A stretch of 64,000 nucleotides of DNA from an uncultured Phycisphaerales bacterium (GTDB taxonomy: Bacteria > Planctomycetota > Phycisphaerae > Sedimentisphaerales > Anaerobacaceae), in NCBI GenBank assembly GCA_963718665.1, contig OY970359.1, positions 2,464,001 to 2,528,000 on the forward strand. Reading direction: 5' to 3'. Positions 47,262-56,618 of the stretch are shown in pieces. Position 1 is the first letter of the stretch; each line of letters opens with the position of its first letter. The notes under the pieces were generated by a model. It searched no databases and was not told where the DNA came from. It saw only the letters and a list, made by a program, of their open reading frames with translations. A program made the position numbers and the translations under genes.

Positions 47262-47981
47262 TTAAGTTGATTTTCTTATTTTCAGCAGTTCTGAAAGTAT
47301 TCGCCAAAAGCTTTTTGCTGGTGAAAGCCGGCTGTCGAGGTCGCATGTCCAGTCGATGGGAAATTCCGCGATTCTGTAATGCTGATTTATAGCCCGCCTG
47401 ATTATTTCGATATCGAACATAAAGCCGTCGGTTATGCACTGACCATAAAGCAGGCGAGCGACGTCACCGCGGTAAATTTTGAAGCCGCACTGAGTGTCCG
47501 TGAGCTGGGCTGGCAGTTTCATCATTCGTATTACAAACCAGTGAAAAAGCGCCGAGCAGATATGCCTATAAAGCCCCTGGTCTTTTACGAGGTGCGTCCC
47601 GGCTAATTTACGAGAACCGTGAGCGATATCGTATTTGCCGGTTTTGAGCAGTTCCAGTCCTCGCAGGATATTATCGGGAGGGACGCAACTGCCGCTGTCC
47701 GCGAACATCACGTAATCGCCGGTCGTCTGGATTATTCCGCTGCGGACGGCGTATCCTTTGCCGTGGCGATGCCGGTTTCGGATTACATTGATTCGTATCC
47801 GGCTGTTATATTTATCGCCCGCTTTTTGTGCTTCGTCAGCCGTTGTGTCGCTGCTGCCGTCGTCGGCAACTATAACTTCCCCGTCGAAGCTGTTTTTCAG
47901 GAGAAATTCGCAGGCGGATTCGACGTCGCGTCCGATTTTGCCGCATTCATTAAATGCAGGGATGACGATTGACAGCTTCAT
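47262..47981 (-). CDS. GT2 polyprenol-phosphate glycosyltransferase (Alg5/DPG synthase-like)
   Basis: SIVIPAFNE, DDGSSD, GKGYAVRSG, DTQCGFK, FDIE. Confidence 0.9.
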   Translation of the reverse strand: MKLSIVIPAFNECGKIGRDVESACEFLLKNSFDGEVIVADDGSSDTTADEAQKAGDKYNSRIRINVIRNRHRHGKGYAVRSGIIQTTGDYVMFADSGSCVPPDNILRGLELLKTGKYDIAHGSRKLAGTHLVKDQGLYRHICSALFHWFVIRMMKLPAQLTDTQCGFKIYRGDVARLLYGQCITDGFMFDIEIIRRAINQHYRIAEFPIDWTCDLDSRLSPAKSFWRILSELLKIRKST

Positions 47982-48012
47982 CAGGTTCCTTGATTCTCGC
48001 ATCGGGAGAACT

Positions 48013-49428
48013 TTAGCTTGCCTGGAAACGAACCTTGGCCTGGCCGATGAGATAGAAACTTCCCGTAATGCAGACAAGGTCTTCCTTGCCTACTGCGTTT
48101 TTTGCCAGACGAAGCGCCTCCCCAAGAGCGGGGGCGGTTTGGCACATCTTGCCGGATATGGCAATGTATTTTTCAGCCAGCTCATCGGGCGACATCGCTT
48201 TGAGGGAGTTGCTGCGAGTGAAAATCACCTTATCGGCGCCGAATTGCAGCTCCTGGAGCATTCCAGCGACGTCTTTATCATCGTTACAGCCGAAGATTAC
48301 TATCATCGAATCGTAGGGGATGCTCTGGCCTATCGCGTGCATAAGCGCTCTTATGCTTGCGGCGTTGTGCGCACCGTCTATGAGGACTCGCGGGTCTTCA
48401 CAAATCATCTCCATACGGCCCGACAATTTGACTTTTGCAAGGCCTGTGACCGTTTTATCGTTATCTATCTCGAAACCGCAACCCTTGAGCTTGTCGAGCA
48501 TCGCAAGAGCGAGACCGCAGTTTACCGCCTGATGAATGCCGAGCAGCGGGACTCGAAAGTGCTCAAATTTGCTGGTGGGCGTTGTCAGGCACACGCGATT
48601 ATGCGGCCCGTGCTCGGACGACGTCTCAAAGCGATGCGAGAAATCGATATCTACGCCGGTTACGCTGATTGGCGCCTTGACTGCCGCGGCCTGCGCCCTC
48701 AGCACCCGCATTGCGTTAGGGTCCTGCTGGACCGTTACGATGGGGACACCCGGCTTGAAAATACCGGCCTTTTCCTTTGCGATTTCTTCTATCGTGTTTC
48801 CCAGTTGTTTCTGATGGTCGAAGCTCAGATTGGTGATGCCGACGACCTTTGGCTTTATCACATTGGTGCTGTCTAATCGACCGCCAAGGCCCGTCTCAAT
48901 TACCGCGACATCCGCCTTGGTATCCGCAAAGTGCATAAAGGCGAGCGCCGTAATTATCTCAAAGAAAGTCGGGGCGCTGGTTTTTGAAACGGTTTCGACC
49001 GCTTTGTATATACGGTTAAGCAAACCGAGCATCGCGGTTTTAGTTATCATTTCAGAGTTGACCATAATTCGCTCGTGCAGGTTAACCACGTGCGGCGAGG
49101 TGTACAGGCCGACCTTATAGCCGTTTGCTTCGAGCATATTCGCAAGCATTGTGGCGGTACTGCCTTTACCTTTTGTACCGGCTATATGGACTGTATCGAT
49201 TTTGGTGTGAGGATTACCTACCAGCGAAAGCAAATGCTCCATCCGCTTCAGGTTGAACGTATCGACGTTGTATCGTAAGTGCTTTTCCTGCTCGTAGTTA
49301 GTTCTATTAAAAAGGTATTTGATTGCCTCATCGTATGTCTTGAAGGGTTTGCGCGAGACCACCACCGCCGTTTTAGAGGTGCGGCCTTTTGCCTGTTTCT
49401 TCCGAGTTTTCGTAATGCTTCGTACCAT
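48013..49428 (-). CDS. folC: Dihydrofolate synthase/folylpolyglutamate synthase
   Basis: HIAGTKGKGST, YTSPH, ETGLGGRLDSTN, DGAHN, TGSFY. Confidence 0.95.
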   Translation of the reverse strand: MVRSITKTRKKQAKGRTSKTAVVVSRKPFKTYDEAIKYLFNRTNYEQEKHLRYNVDTFNLKRMEHLLSLVGNPHTKIDTVHIAGTKGKGSTATMLANMLEANGYKVGLYTSPHVVNLHERIMVNSEMITKTAMLGLLNRIYKAVETVSKTSAPTFFEIITALAFMHFADTKADVAVIETGLGGRLDSTNVIKPKVVGITNLSFDHQKQLGNTIEEIAKEKAGIFKPGVPIVTVQQDPNAMRVLRAQAAAVKAPISVTGVDIDFSHRFETSSEHGPHNRVCLTTPTSKFEHFRVPLLGIHQAVNCGLALAMLDKLKGCGFEIDNDKTVTGLAKVKLSGRMEMICEDPRVLIDGAHNAASIRALMHAIGQSIPYDSMIVIFGCNDDKDVAGMLQELQFGADKVIFTRSNSLKAMSPDELAEKYIAISGKMCQTAPALGEALRLAKNAVGKEDLVCITGSFYLIGQAKVRFQAS

Positions 49429-49813
49429 AAAAACCTGAGTATAACACAATACCTTGTGTTTTTCAACTTAATAGGCCCGTTAATCGCACAGAATGCTGTT
49501 TTACAGGCAAACCGTAAACATAACTCGTTGTTAAAAATAAGGTTATGAATGCGACAATATACGATTCTTTTGCCTTGGGTGAGCCGTAGTATTAGGAAAC
49601 CCAAATATGTTATTATGAGTGCTTATAATGCGACAAGAATTCGCAAACTACAAGGCCCAAACTGCAATTATATACGGAATTAGAGAGTGGTTGTTCACCT
49701 GGCAGTAGTGACAAGCTGGCTTATATGTTTTATCGTCGTATCATAATTTGACTTGACCTTACACAATGGGGACATATACTCTTGTGGTAATTGTTTTAAA
49801 TTCAGGTTGTTTA

Positions 49814-50959
49814 ATGCACCCAAATTCACCGGATATCGAGAAGTGGTTGAAACTGGCAGGCGCGGAAGGCGTCGGCCCGGTTACTTTTGGCAAGATGCTC
49901 GCTTATTTCGGTTCGCCGGAAAGAGTTCTTGGTGCGTCGGCTTATGAACTGGCGAAAGTTGAAGGGATAGGTCTTCACACCGCGGAAAAAATTGCGGCCA
50001 GTTGTGATAAAAGGGATGCCGAAGCCGAACTGACATTGGCTGAAAAACTTGGGGTATGGATTATTCACCTTCAGGATGAACGTTACCCGGCACAGCTAAA
50101 ACTTATTTACGACCCGCCTCCTCTTTTATATGTCAAAGGAACTCTCGTTGAGTCGGATAATCTTAGTGTGGCGATAGTGGGGTCCCGGCGGTGCAGCTTA
50201 TACGGCAGCGAGCAGGCGTCGCGATTCGCGCACATATTGGCAGGCGCAGGTTTTACAATATGCTCAGGATTGGCGCGCGGCATCGACACCGCGGCTCATC
50301 AGGGCGCTCTTGCCGCCGGCGGACGCACCATCGCGGTCGAGGGCTGTGGATTAGCCAATGTATTTCCCCCCGAAAATAAAAAGTTATTCGATTCAATTGT
50401 CGAATCCGGCGAATGCGTAAGTGAATTGCCTATTCGTTATGAACCTTTGGCTGAGAATTTTCCCCCTCGCAACAGGATTATAGCCGGCTTGTCTCTGGGG
50501 ACAATCGTTATCGAGGCGGGCAGCAATTCCGGTGCGCTTCATACCGCCAAATCGGCTCTGGAATATAATCGCGAGGTTATGGCCATGCCGGGCAAAATCG
50601 ATTCTCCGCTAAGCAGGGGAGCCAATCAGTTGATTAAGCAGGGGGCCAAATTAGTTGACTGCGTCGATGACATAATGGAGTCGCTTGGGTACATAGGCGA
50701 CAAAATAAGAGGGCACGTTAATCAGCAGGCCGATTTGCTTACGGCGAAAGCCGAGATGCCTTTGTTCGATATCGCCCAGTTAAACCTCAACGCCGGCGAA
50801 AAATCGGTTTATGAGTGTCTGCATAGCGAGCCAGTTCATATTGAGCAGATTATCGAGGATTCGCAATTGCCGGCGGGAACCGTAAACGCCTCGATTGTTT
50901 CGCTGCGATTAAAAGGCCTGGTGAAGCAATTGCCGGGCAGTATGTTCGTGCGAAAGTAA
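49814..50959 (+). CDS. dprA: DNA processing protein DprA
   Basis: YDPPPLLY, VGSR, SGLARGIDTAAH, FPPRNRII, VIEAG; C-terminal winged helix. Confidence 0.95.
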   Translation: MHPNSPDIEKWLKLAGAEGVGPVTFGKMLAYFGSPERVLGASAYELAKVEGIGLHTAEKIAASCDKRDAEAELTLAEKLGVWIIHLQDERYPAQLKLIYDPPPLLYVKGTLVESDNLSVAIVGSRRCSLYGSEQASRFAHILAGAGFTICSGLARGIDTAAHQGALAAGGRTIAVEGCGLANVFPPENKKLFDSIVESGECVSELPIRYEPLAENFPPRNRIIAGLSLGTIVIEAGSNSGALHTAKSALEYNREVMAMPGKIDSPLSRGANQLIKQGAKLVDCVDDIMESLGYIGDKIRGHVNQQADLLTAKAEMPLFDIAQLNLNAGEKSVYECLHSEPVHIEQIIEDSQLPAGTVNASIVSLRLKGLVKQLPGSMFVRK

Positions 50960-51113
50960 ACAGTTTTTATTCCCACAGTAGCAGTTTGTGAGCTATTGTG
51001 GGCGAGGCCGTGGGGGGAAACGACGTGGGGCAAGGTAGCCAGGATACTTCCTGTTCTGTATTGCATAGTTGCCGGCCTTTTTAAAATATTTCGTATTTTC
51101 CGAAAAATTTCTG

Positions 51114-51149
51114 TTGGCGCGGTAGCACTAATTTGATATTTGTATGCGC
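51114..51149 (+). promoter_or_regulatory. Putative promoter sharing a 20-bp motif with the cbiM promoter
   Basis: TTGGCG-17-TATTTG. aatttgatatttgtatgcgc matches 53515-53534 at 17/20 positions. Confidence 0.45.
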
Positions 51150-51208
51150 AGATAGAAAGCCGTGTTGGCTGAACGTATAACATTTATTATTTTTAGGAGG
51201 AGTTGATT

Positions 51209-52213
51209 ATGAACAGAATTATGGTTTTGGCGGCGATGGTGATGTTAACTTTTGTTGCCGCAGTCAGGGGCGATGGGCCCACCGTTGCTGCAGTGACTAA
51301 CTGGCAGCTTCAGGCGGTTGATGAGGACGGCGTCGGGACCTATGACGCCACGGACAAAGTCACCATCACCGGAATCGTCCTTAATAATCCTGAAGAGATG
51401 CTCGACCCAACCCCGAGCACGACCGGTATGGGCGGCCAGTGGCAGGTTTACATCCAGGGCGAAGGTAGCGACCACGCTGGCACCGCCGTTTATATGGGGC
51501 AAAATTACGTCATGATGGGGGGCGGGAACGAAACGGCTGACCAGTGGTCTTCGAAAATGTGGAGTGCGAATCACGACCCCAATACCGGTTACACTTTCCA
51601 CATAGGCGACAGGGTAAGCGTAACCGGCTGGTATACGTTCTACGACGGCAAGACGAACATCAATCAACAACATAACACCGACCCGTTCTATGACTTTAAT
51701 GTTGTGCTGGTTACCCCGGCGGCAGGATTACCTCAGCCGGAAACTATTACCCTCAGTATGGTAAAGAACAGCAGCAACCAGTTTATCTTTGACCCGACCA
51801 GAACAACCGGCTGCGAGTATTACCAGGCGAGATTAGTGCGGGTTGACGACGTCAATATCACTGACCCCAACGACTGGGCTCCTAATAATACCCTGACGGT
51901 TATGGATAACGCCGGCCGGACCTTCCCGCTGCTGCTCGGTATCGGTGACGGCTTCACAAAATATTCCTGTCCGACGGGCCAAATCAGCATCATCGGGATT
52001 TTCGACCAGGAAAGTACCGATAATACAGATGGATATCGGCTGTGGGTTACCAATTACGACGGCAACGGCTTGGTATTGACCGACCGCAGACACAAGAGAG
52101 GCAACCTGCCCGGTGATATTAATTCGGATTATATGGTTGATTTTACGGACTTCGCCGAACTTGCGAACAACTGGCTCCAGCAGGCGCCGGGCCTGTATCC
52201 CGGCAGCCCCTAA
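51209..52213 (+). CDS. Secreted acidic beta-rich protein (possible OB folds) with dockerin/EF-hand-like C-terminus
   Basis: Signal peptide; IGDRVSVTG; terminal PGDINSDYMVDFTDFAELANNWL; strong AGGAGG RBS. Confidence 0.7.
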   Translation: MNRIMVLAAMVMLTFVAAVRGDGPTVAAVTNWQLQAVDEDGVGTYDATDKVTITGIVLNNPEEMLDPTPSTTGMGGQWQVYIQGEGSDHAGTAVYMGQNYVMMGGGNETADQWSSKMWSANHDPNTGYTFHIGDRVSVTGWYTFYDGKTNINQQHNTDPFYDFNVVLVTPAAGLPQPETITLSMVKNSSNQFIFDPTRTTGCEYYQARLVRVDDVNITDPNDWAPNNTLTVMDNAGRTFPLLLGIGDGFTKYSCPTGQISIIGIFDQESTDNTDGYRLWVTNYDGNGLVLTDRRHKRGNLPGDINSDYMVDFTDFAELANNWLQQAPGLYPGSP

Positions 52214-52219
52214 TTACGG

Positions 52220-52948
52220 ATGAAACGGGCCTTCACCTTAATAGAAATTCTGGTTGTTATCTCGATCATCGGGCTGCTGATGGGAATGCTGCTGCCTGCT
52301 GTTTCACGGGCGAGAGAGCAGGCTAAAGTTACCGTTGTTAACGCCGAGCTTCGCCAGATAGGTATTGCGATGGATATGTATTTCGATGATAACCATAAGT
52401 ATCCTCCTACTCAAGAAGATTGTGCCACGGGCAAATTGACGGACCACTTGTATCAGCTTCCCAGGGCGCTGATTACAAGCCATTATCTTCCGTCAATGCC
52501 AAAAGACCAGGCGATGACGACGAATTTGGAAGACAGGTATCACCTTGGCCATACCTATAAGTACCGGAGTTGCGGTGAGGTAATTGTGAGTACTAACGTC
52601 ATTGCGCCATATATGTGCGCAGAGCTATGGATACCCGATAATTTCCCCACAAGCAGCAGCATCGACCCTGAAGAAGGTCAATGGCGTCCTGACGATAACG
52701 AATGCAATCCGTACTCGAAGGGAAATAAGAGTTTCTTCCCTCTGGTTTCGCCAGTAAGCTGGGTGGTTTTCAGTTTGGGGCCTAATTTCAGCCAGGACTG
52801 GCTCGATGAAAAACTCGGCGCAGATAATGACAACAGATATCCCGTGCCTAAAGAATTATGGTACACGCCGAAGGAGCGCAGGGGGTTCATTGTAAGAATG
52901 CGAATTAAAAACGGGGCACAGATTGGTTCATTTGAAGGTAACCAATAA
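52220..52948 (+). CDS. Prepilin-type N-terminal cleavage/methylation protein
   Basis: AFTLIEILVVISIIGLLMGMLLPAVSRAREQA. Confidence 0.9.
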   Translation: MKRAFTLIEILVVISIIGLLMGMLLPAVSRAREQAKVTVVNAELRQIGIAMDMYFDDNHKYPPTQEDCATGKLTDHLYQLPRALITSHYLPSMPKDQAMTTNLEDRYHLGHTYKYRSCGEVIVSTNVIAPYMCAELWIPDNFPTSSSIDPEEGQWRPDDNECNPYSKGNKSFFPLVSPVSWVVFSLGPNFSQDWLDEKLGADNDNRYPVPKELWYTPKERRGFIVRMRIKNGAQIGSFEGNQ

Positions 52949-52985
52949 ACGAAAGCAATTTAATTGTATCTGAAAGGTGTTGACT

Positions 52986-53459
52986 ATGAGTTGTGTGCAA
53001 GTAAAAGGAATGGTTGTTACTCTGGTTTTTGTGTGTCTTACAGGTTGTATATTTGTTTCGGGATGCTCGATGGGAAATAATAACGAGGCCGAGATGACTC
53101 CAGGAAAAGCTCTGGTAATCGATTTGACAGATGCTCCTGAATATCAGCCGCTTTTGAAAGGTGTGCCGCAAACGTCAGGAATGCACTCGGGCAGGGTATA
53201 TTTGAAACCTGGCGAGGAGTGCGGCAGGCACAGCACGGGAAGCCACGAGGAAATGCTTGTTTTTCTGGCAGGCAGAGGCGAAGCCATGATTGGTAAGAAA
53301 GGGCGACCAGTGGGGGAGGGAAAGATTTGTTATATACCACCTTATACGTTTCATAACATTAAAAACACAGGCACTGAGCCGCTTGTTTATATTTACTGTG
53401 TTGCGCCTGTGAGTCCGGCCGTTGCGGACGGTGCGGATGAGCATCAACACCAGCATTAA
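52986..53459 (+). CDS. Cupin-domain putative lipoprotein with His-rich tail
   Basis: Hydrophobic N-terminus with GC; HSTGSHEE...PPYTFHNIKN; C-terminal EHQHQH. Confidence 0.82.
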   Translation: MSCVQVKGMVVTLVFVCLTGCIFVSGCSMGNNNEAEMTPGKALVIDLTDAPEYQPLLKGVPQTSGMHSGRVYLKPGEECGRHSTGSHEEMLVFLAGRGEAMIGKKGRPVGEGKICYIPPYTFHNIKNTGTEPLVYIYCVAPVSPAVADGADEHQHQH

Positions 53460-53498
53460 ATAATCGCAACAGACAGGTTTTTTCGAGGATTTTTTGTG

Positions 53499-53531
53499 TT
53501 GATAGGTTCATAAGAATTTGTTATTCTTATG
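53499..53531 (+). promoter_or_regulatory. Promoter overlapped by a perfect 9-5-9 palindromic operator
   Basis: TTGATA-17-TATTCT with a TG extension; CATAAGAAT-ttgtt-ATTCTTATG at 53509-53531. Confidence 0.65.
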
Positions 53532-53592
53532 CGCTGGCTATTTGCTCAAAATGCGAATGGTGCACGGCGGACGTCGAAAGGGGAAATGAATT

Positions 53593-54609
53593 ATGCATAT
53601 GGCGAATGAATTATTGTCGGTGCCGGTGGCTACGGGGACATTGGCAATTGCGGGAGGGTGTCTGGGGCTGATTTGCAAAAAAGTCAGCAAAATTGTCAGT
53701 TCGGATAAATTGCCCCTGATGGGTATTCTTGGCGCGTTCATATTCGCAGCGCAAATGGTCAACTTTCAGCTTCCTGCGATGCCCGGCACAAGCGGCCATA
53801 TGGTCGGAGCCGTCCTGCTGGCGATTATATTAGGCCCGCATCTGGCGGCGATTGTCATTTCATCGGTAATTATCGTGCAGTGCCTCATCTTCCAGGACGG
53901 CGGTCTACTTGCCCTTGGCTGTAATATCATCAATATGGCCCTTGTACCGTCTTATGTCGGTTATTTTCTTTATAAAGGGATAACAGCGGGACAATGCAGC
54001 AGCAGGCGAACATACATCGGCGCGATGCTGGCTTGCGTGGTTGCTGTGGAAAGTGGAGCGGTTTTAGTCCCCATCGAGGCGACTTTATCCGGCGTGCTTG
54101 CGGTTCCATTCTCGACTTTTCTTATAACAATGATAGGCGTGCATTTTCTTGTTGGTTTGGTTGAGGGTCTGATTACCGTAGCTGTTCTGGGCTATATTCA
54201 GCAGGTCAGGCCTGATTTGGTTTTGAATTCACTACCCGGCAAAATCCGGCTAAGCCGAAAAACTGTGCTGGTAACATTGCTGGTTTTCGCGATGATTGCA
54301 GCCGCCGGGCTTTCACTGCTGGCGTCGAAAATGCCCGATGGACTTGAGTGGAGCTATCGCGAAAGACCCGACCAGCCCGATTTCAAGCCGGTTATCACGA
54401 ATGAAAATACAACAATCAATGCGGTTGACCAGTTGCAGTCAAAATACACGCCTTTGCCCGATTATACCCTGCGAGGCGCATCCGCGGACACCTCAAAGGC
54501 ATGGACAAGCTTCGCGGGTGTTTCGGGTTCACTCCTGACGATGCTGGCGGTCTGGGCGGGTATGTCGCTGATGAGAAGAAAAGAAGCAAAGGCGCTAAGT
54601 GGTTCGTAA
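53593..54609 (+). CDS. cbiM: Co/Ni ECF transporter substrate component CbiM/NikM fused to a PDGLE (NikN-like) domain
   Basis: N-terminal MH, FAAQMVNF, GTSGH, FQDGG, PDGLEW. Confidence 0.9.
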   Translation: MHMANELLSVPVATGTLAIAGGCLGLICKKVSKIVSSDKLPLMGILGAFIFAAQMVNFQLPAMPGTSGHMVGAVLLAIILGPHLAAIVISSVIIVQCLIFQDGGLLALGCNIINMALVPSYVGYFLYKGITAGQCSSRRTYIGAMLACVVAVESGAVLVPIEATLSGVLAVPFSTFLITMIGVHFLVGLVEGLITVAVLGYIQQVRPDLVLNSLPGKIRLSRKTVLVTLLVFAMIAAAGLSLLASKMPDGLEWSYRERPDQPDFKPVITNENTTINAVDQLQSKYTPLPDYTLRGASADTSKAWTSFAGVSGSLLTMLAVWAGMSLMRRKEAKALSGS

Positions 54610-55386
54610 ATGCACCACGCGTACATAGACAAATTCGCTTACCAGGATTCACCGATACATCGCCTTGACGCAAGGGTGAAGTTTATTATCACGGTTGTTT
54701 TTACAGCCGTGATAATTTCGCTGCCTCGCACTTCGGTTAGTATCTTATTTTGTTATGCCGTCGGGCCGTTTGTCATTTTGGTTATGGGTGGCATACCGCT
54801 GCGTTTTACGCTCAAGCATATTCTGTATGTCAGCCCTTTTGTGCTTGTGCTGGCGTTTACCGGCCCCTGGTATGACAGGACAGCCGCGACGGTTGTTTTT
54901 GGCCCGTGGATTTGGCACACGACCGTCGGCTGGCTTCGTTGCTGGGGTATCCTCAGCAAATTTGTGGTTACCATGCTGGCCCTGATTGCGCTGATTTCGA
55001 CTACCCGCTTTGCGAATCTGCTTGCGGGTCTTCAACGGCTTGGCGTACCTCGGCTGCTGGTTATCCAGATGGGATTTTTATATCGATACATTTTTCTCCT
55101 GATTGACAGCGCCCATCATATCCTGCGTGCCCGTGCCGCACGCTCGGCGGGCGGAGTGGCTTTCGGCAGGGGAGTCAAATACGCCGCTGCTATGGTCGGC
55201 TCATTATTTGTCCGCAGTATTGATGCCGCTGAGCATATAAACGCCGCTATGCAGGCACGCGGTTTCGACGGCAACTGGCGAACCATCAATCGGCTGGAAG
55301 TCCATGTCGCTGATTATATTTTTATTGTTATCGCCGCCTGTTTTATTCTTGGATTGTATTTTTTTGTCAAACCTGTTTTGGGATAG
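54610..55386 (+). CDS. cbiQ: ECF transmembrane component CbiQ/NikQ
   Basis: SPIHRLDARVK, YRYIF, AMQARGFDG. Confidence 0.93.
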   Translation: MHHAYIDKFAYQDSPIHRLDARVKFIITVVFTAVIISLPRTSVSILFCYAVGPFVILVMGGIPLRFTLKHILYVSPFVLVLAFTGPWYDRTAATVVFGPWIWHTTVGWLRCWGILSKFVVTMLALIALISTTRFANLLAGLQRLGVPRLLVIQMGFLYRYIFLLIDSAHHILRARAARSAGGVAFGRGVKYAAAMVGSLFVRSIDAAEHINAAMQARGFDGNWRTINRLEVHVADYIFIVIAACFILGLYFFVKPVLG

Positions 55387-55392
55387 CCGGCT

Positions 55393-56133
55393 ATGGTAAA
55401 AGCGATAGAGGTTGAAAATTTTTCATACAGGTATCCCGACGGGACGATTGCTCTCAATGGTATTACGCTCGACGTCGAATATGGCGAGCGTCTCGCCCTG
55501 ATAGGCCCCAACGGCGCGGGCAAATCCACGCTGCTTTTGGCGATTACGGGTTTTGTCAGGGGAACAGGCAGGGTGGTTGTTGACGGGCTGGAAATCACAA
55601 ACGGCAATCTAAAGCAGGTGCGTTCACGAATCGGCTGTTGTCTTGAAAACCCAGAAGACCAGCTTTTTATGCCGACGCTTTTTGATGATGTGGCGTTTGG
55701 GCCGTTGAATATGGGTCTCGATTCTCAACAAGTCAAAGAGCGGGTTAATCTTGCCTTGGCCGAAGTCGGTCTTGCAGGGATGGCCGAGCGTGCGCCACAT
55801 CACCTCTCCGCAGGCCAGAAACGCGCCGCGGCAATAGCTACCGTGCTGTCAATGTCCCCGAAGATTATCACGCTCGATGAACCGGATGGCTCGCTGGACC
55901 CGCGAAACCGCGACAATCTTGTCAAGCTGCTTGCCGGGTTATCTCAGACGCTTGTTATAGCGACCTGCAATATGGATTTTGCCGCCGCTGTTGCTGATAA
56001 GGCGGCTGTGATTGACGGCGGAAGGGTTATTGCCGCCGGACCTGCAAAAAAGATAATGTCTGATTCAAAACTTATGACGAGTCACGGGCTGGAAGTGCCG
56101 AGAAAATTTATAAGTGGCTGGTCGCCGGCCTGA
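55393..56133 (+). CDS. cbiO: ECF ATPase CbiO/NikO
   Basis: GPNGAGKST, NPEDQLF, DVAFGP, LSAGQK, LDEP. Confidence 0.93.
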   Translation: MVKAIEVENFSYRYPDGTIALNGITLDVEYGERLALIGPNGAGKSTLLLAITGFVRGTGRVVVDGLEITNGNLKQVRSRIGCCLENPEDQLFMPTLFDDVAFGPLNMGLDSQQVKERVNLALAEVGLAGMAERAPHHLSAGQKRAAAIATVLSMSPKIITLDEPDGSLDPRNRDNLVKLLAGLSQTLVIATCNMDFAAAVADKAAVIDGGRVIAAGPAKKIMSDSKLMTSHGLEVPRKFISGWSPA

Positions 56134-56144
56134 TTATTTAGCGG

Positions 56145-56420
56145 TTAGAAAGTGATTCTGAAATCGGTGAGTTTCGGGTCGGGTGTCGCTTCCTCAATAT
56201 CTATATGGCTTATGGTCCCTACGAAGGAATCCTGCAGGTCGCGGATGCAGTTGTCTATCATTTCTGCTGGCCCCTGGGCAAACATTTCAACGTCGCCGTC
56301 CGGAACATTTCGCACGTAGCCCGTCAGACCGCATCGGTTGGCTACATTCAGGGCCGTAAACCGAAAACCTACGCCCTGAATGCGTCCCGAAAAGACAATG
56401 TGTCTTGCAATTACGTCCAT
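56145..56420 (-). CDS. acyP: Acylphosphatase
   Basis: GRIQGVGFR, GYVRNVPDGDVE. Confidence 0.93.
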   Translation of the reverse strand: MDVIARHIVFSGRIQGVGFRFTALNVANRCGLTGYVRNVPDGDVEMFAQGPAEMIDNCIRDLQDSFVGTISHIDIEEATPDPKLTDFRITF

Positions 56421-56516
56421 AGATAACCTCTTATCGCAAAAAACTAACTTTCTCAACATTCTATGCTAACCAAAAAACATATTATATGCAAGCGCGGGTT
56501 AATGACTAATTTGATA

Positions 56517-56545
56517 TTCACGGATGGCTTGACGTAGGGTATAAT
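56517..56545 (+). promoter_or_regulatory. sigma70 promoter
   Basis: TTCACG-17-TATAAT. Confidence 0.55.
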
Positions 56546-56618
56546 CTCCCGACTGTTTAGTACTAAAAATAATGATTTTTTCCGCACAACTTTGCGGTTG
56601 TATCAGTATTGGTTGGCT

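Noticed and set aside
50960..51110. Cobalamin or NiCo riboswitch ahead of the metal module (also checked 53460-53592)
   Set aside because: I could not find a B12-box or NiCo consensus by eye; an Rfam/Infernal scan would be decisive.
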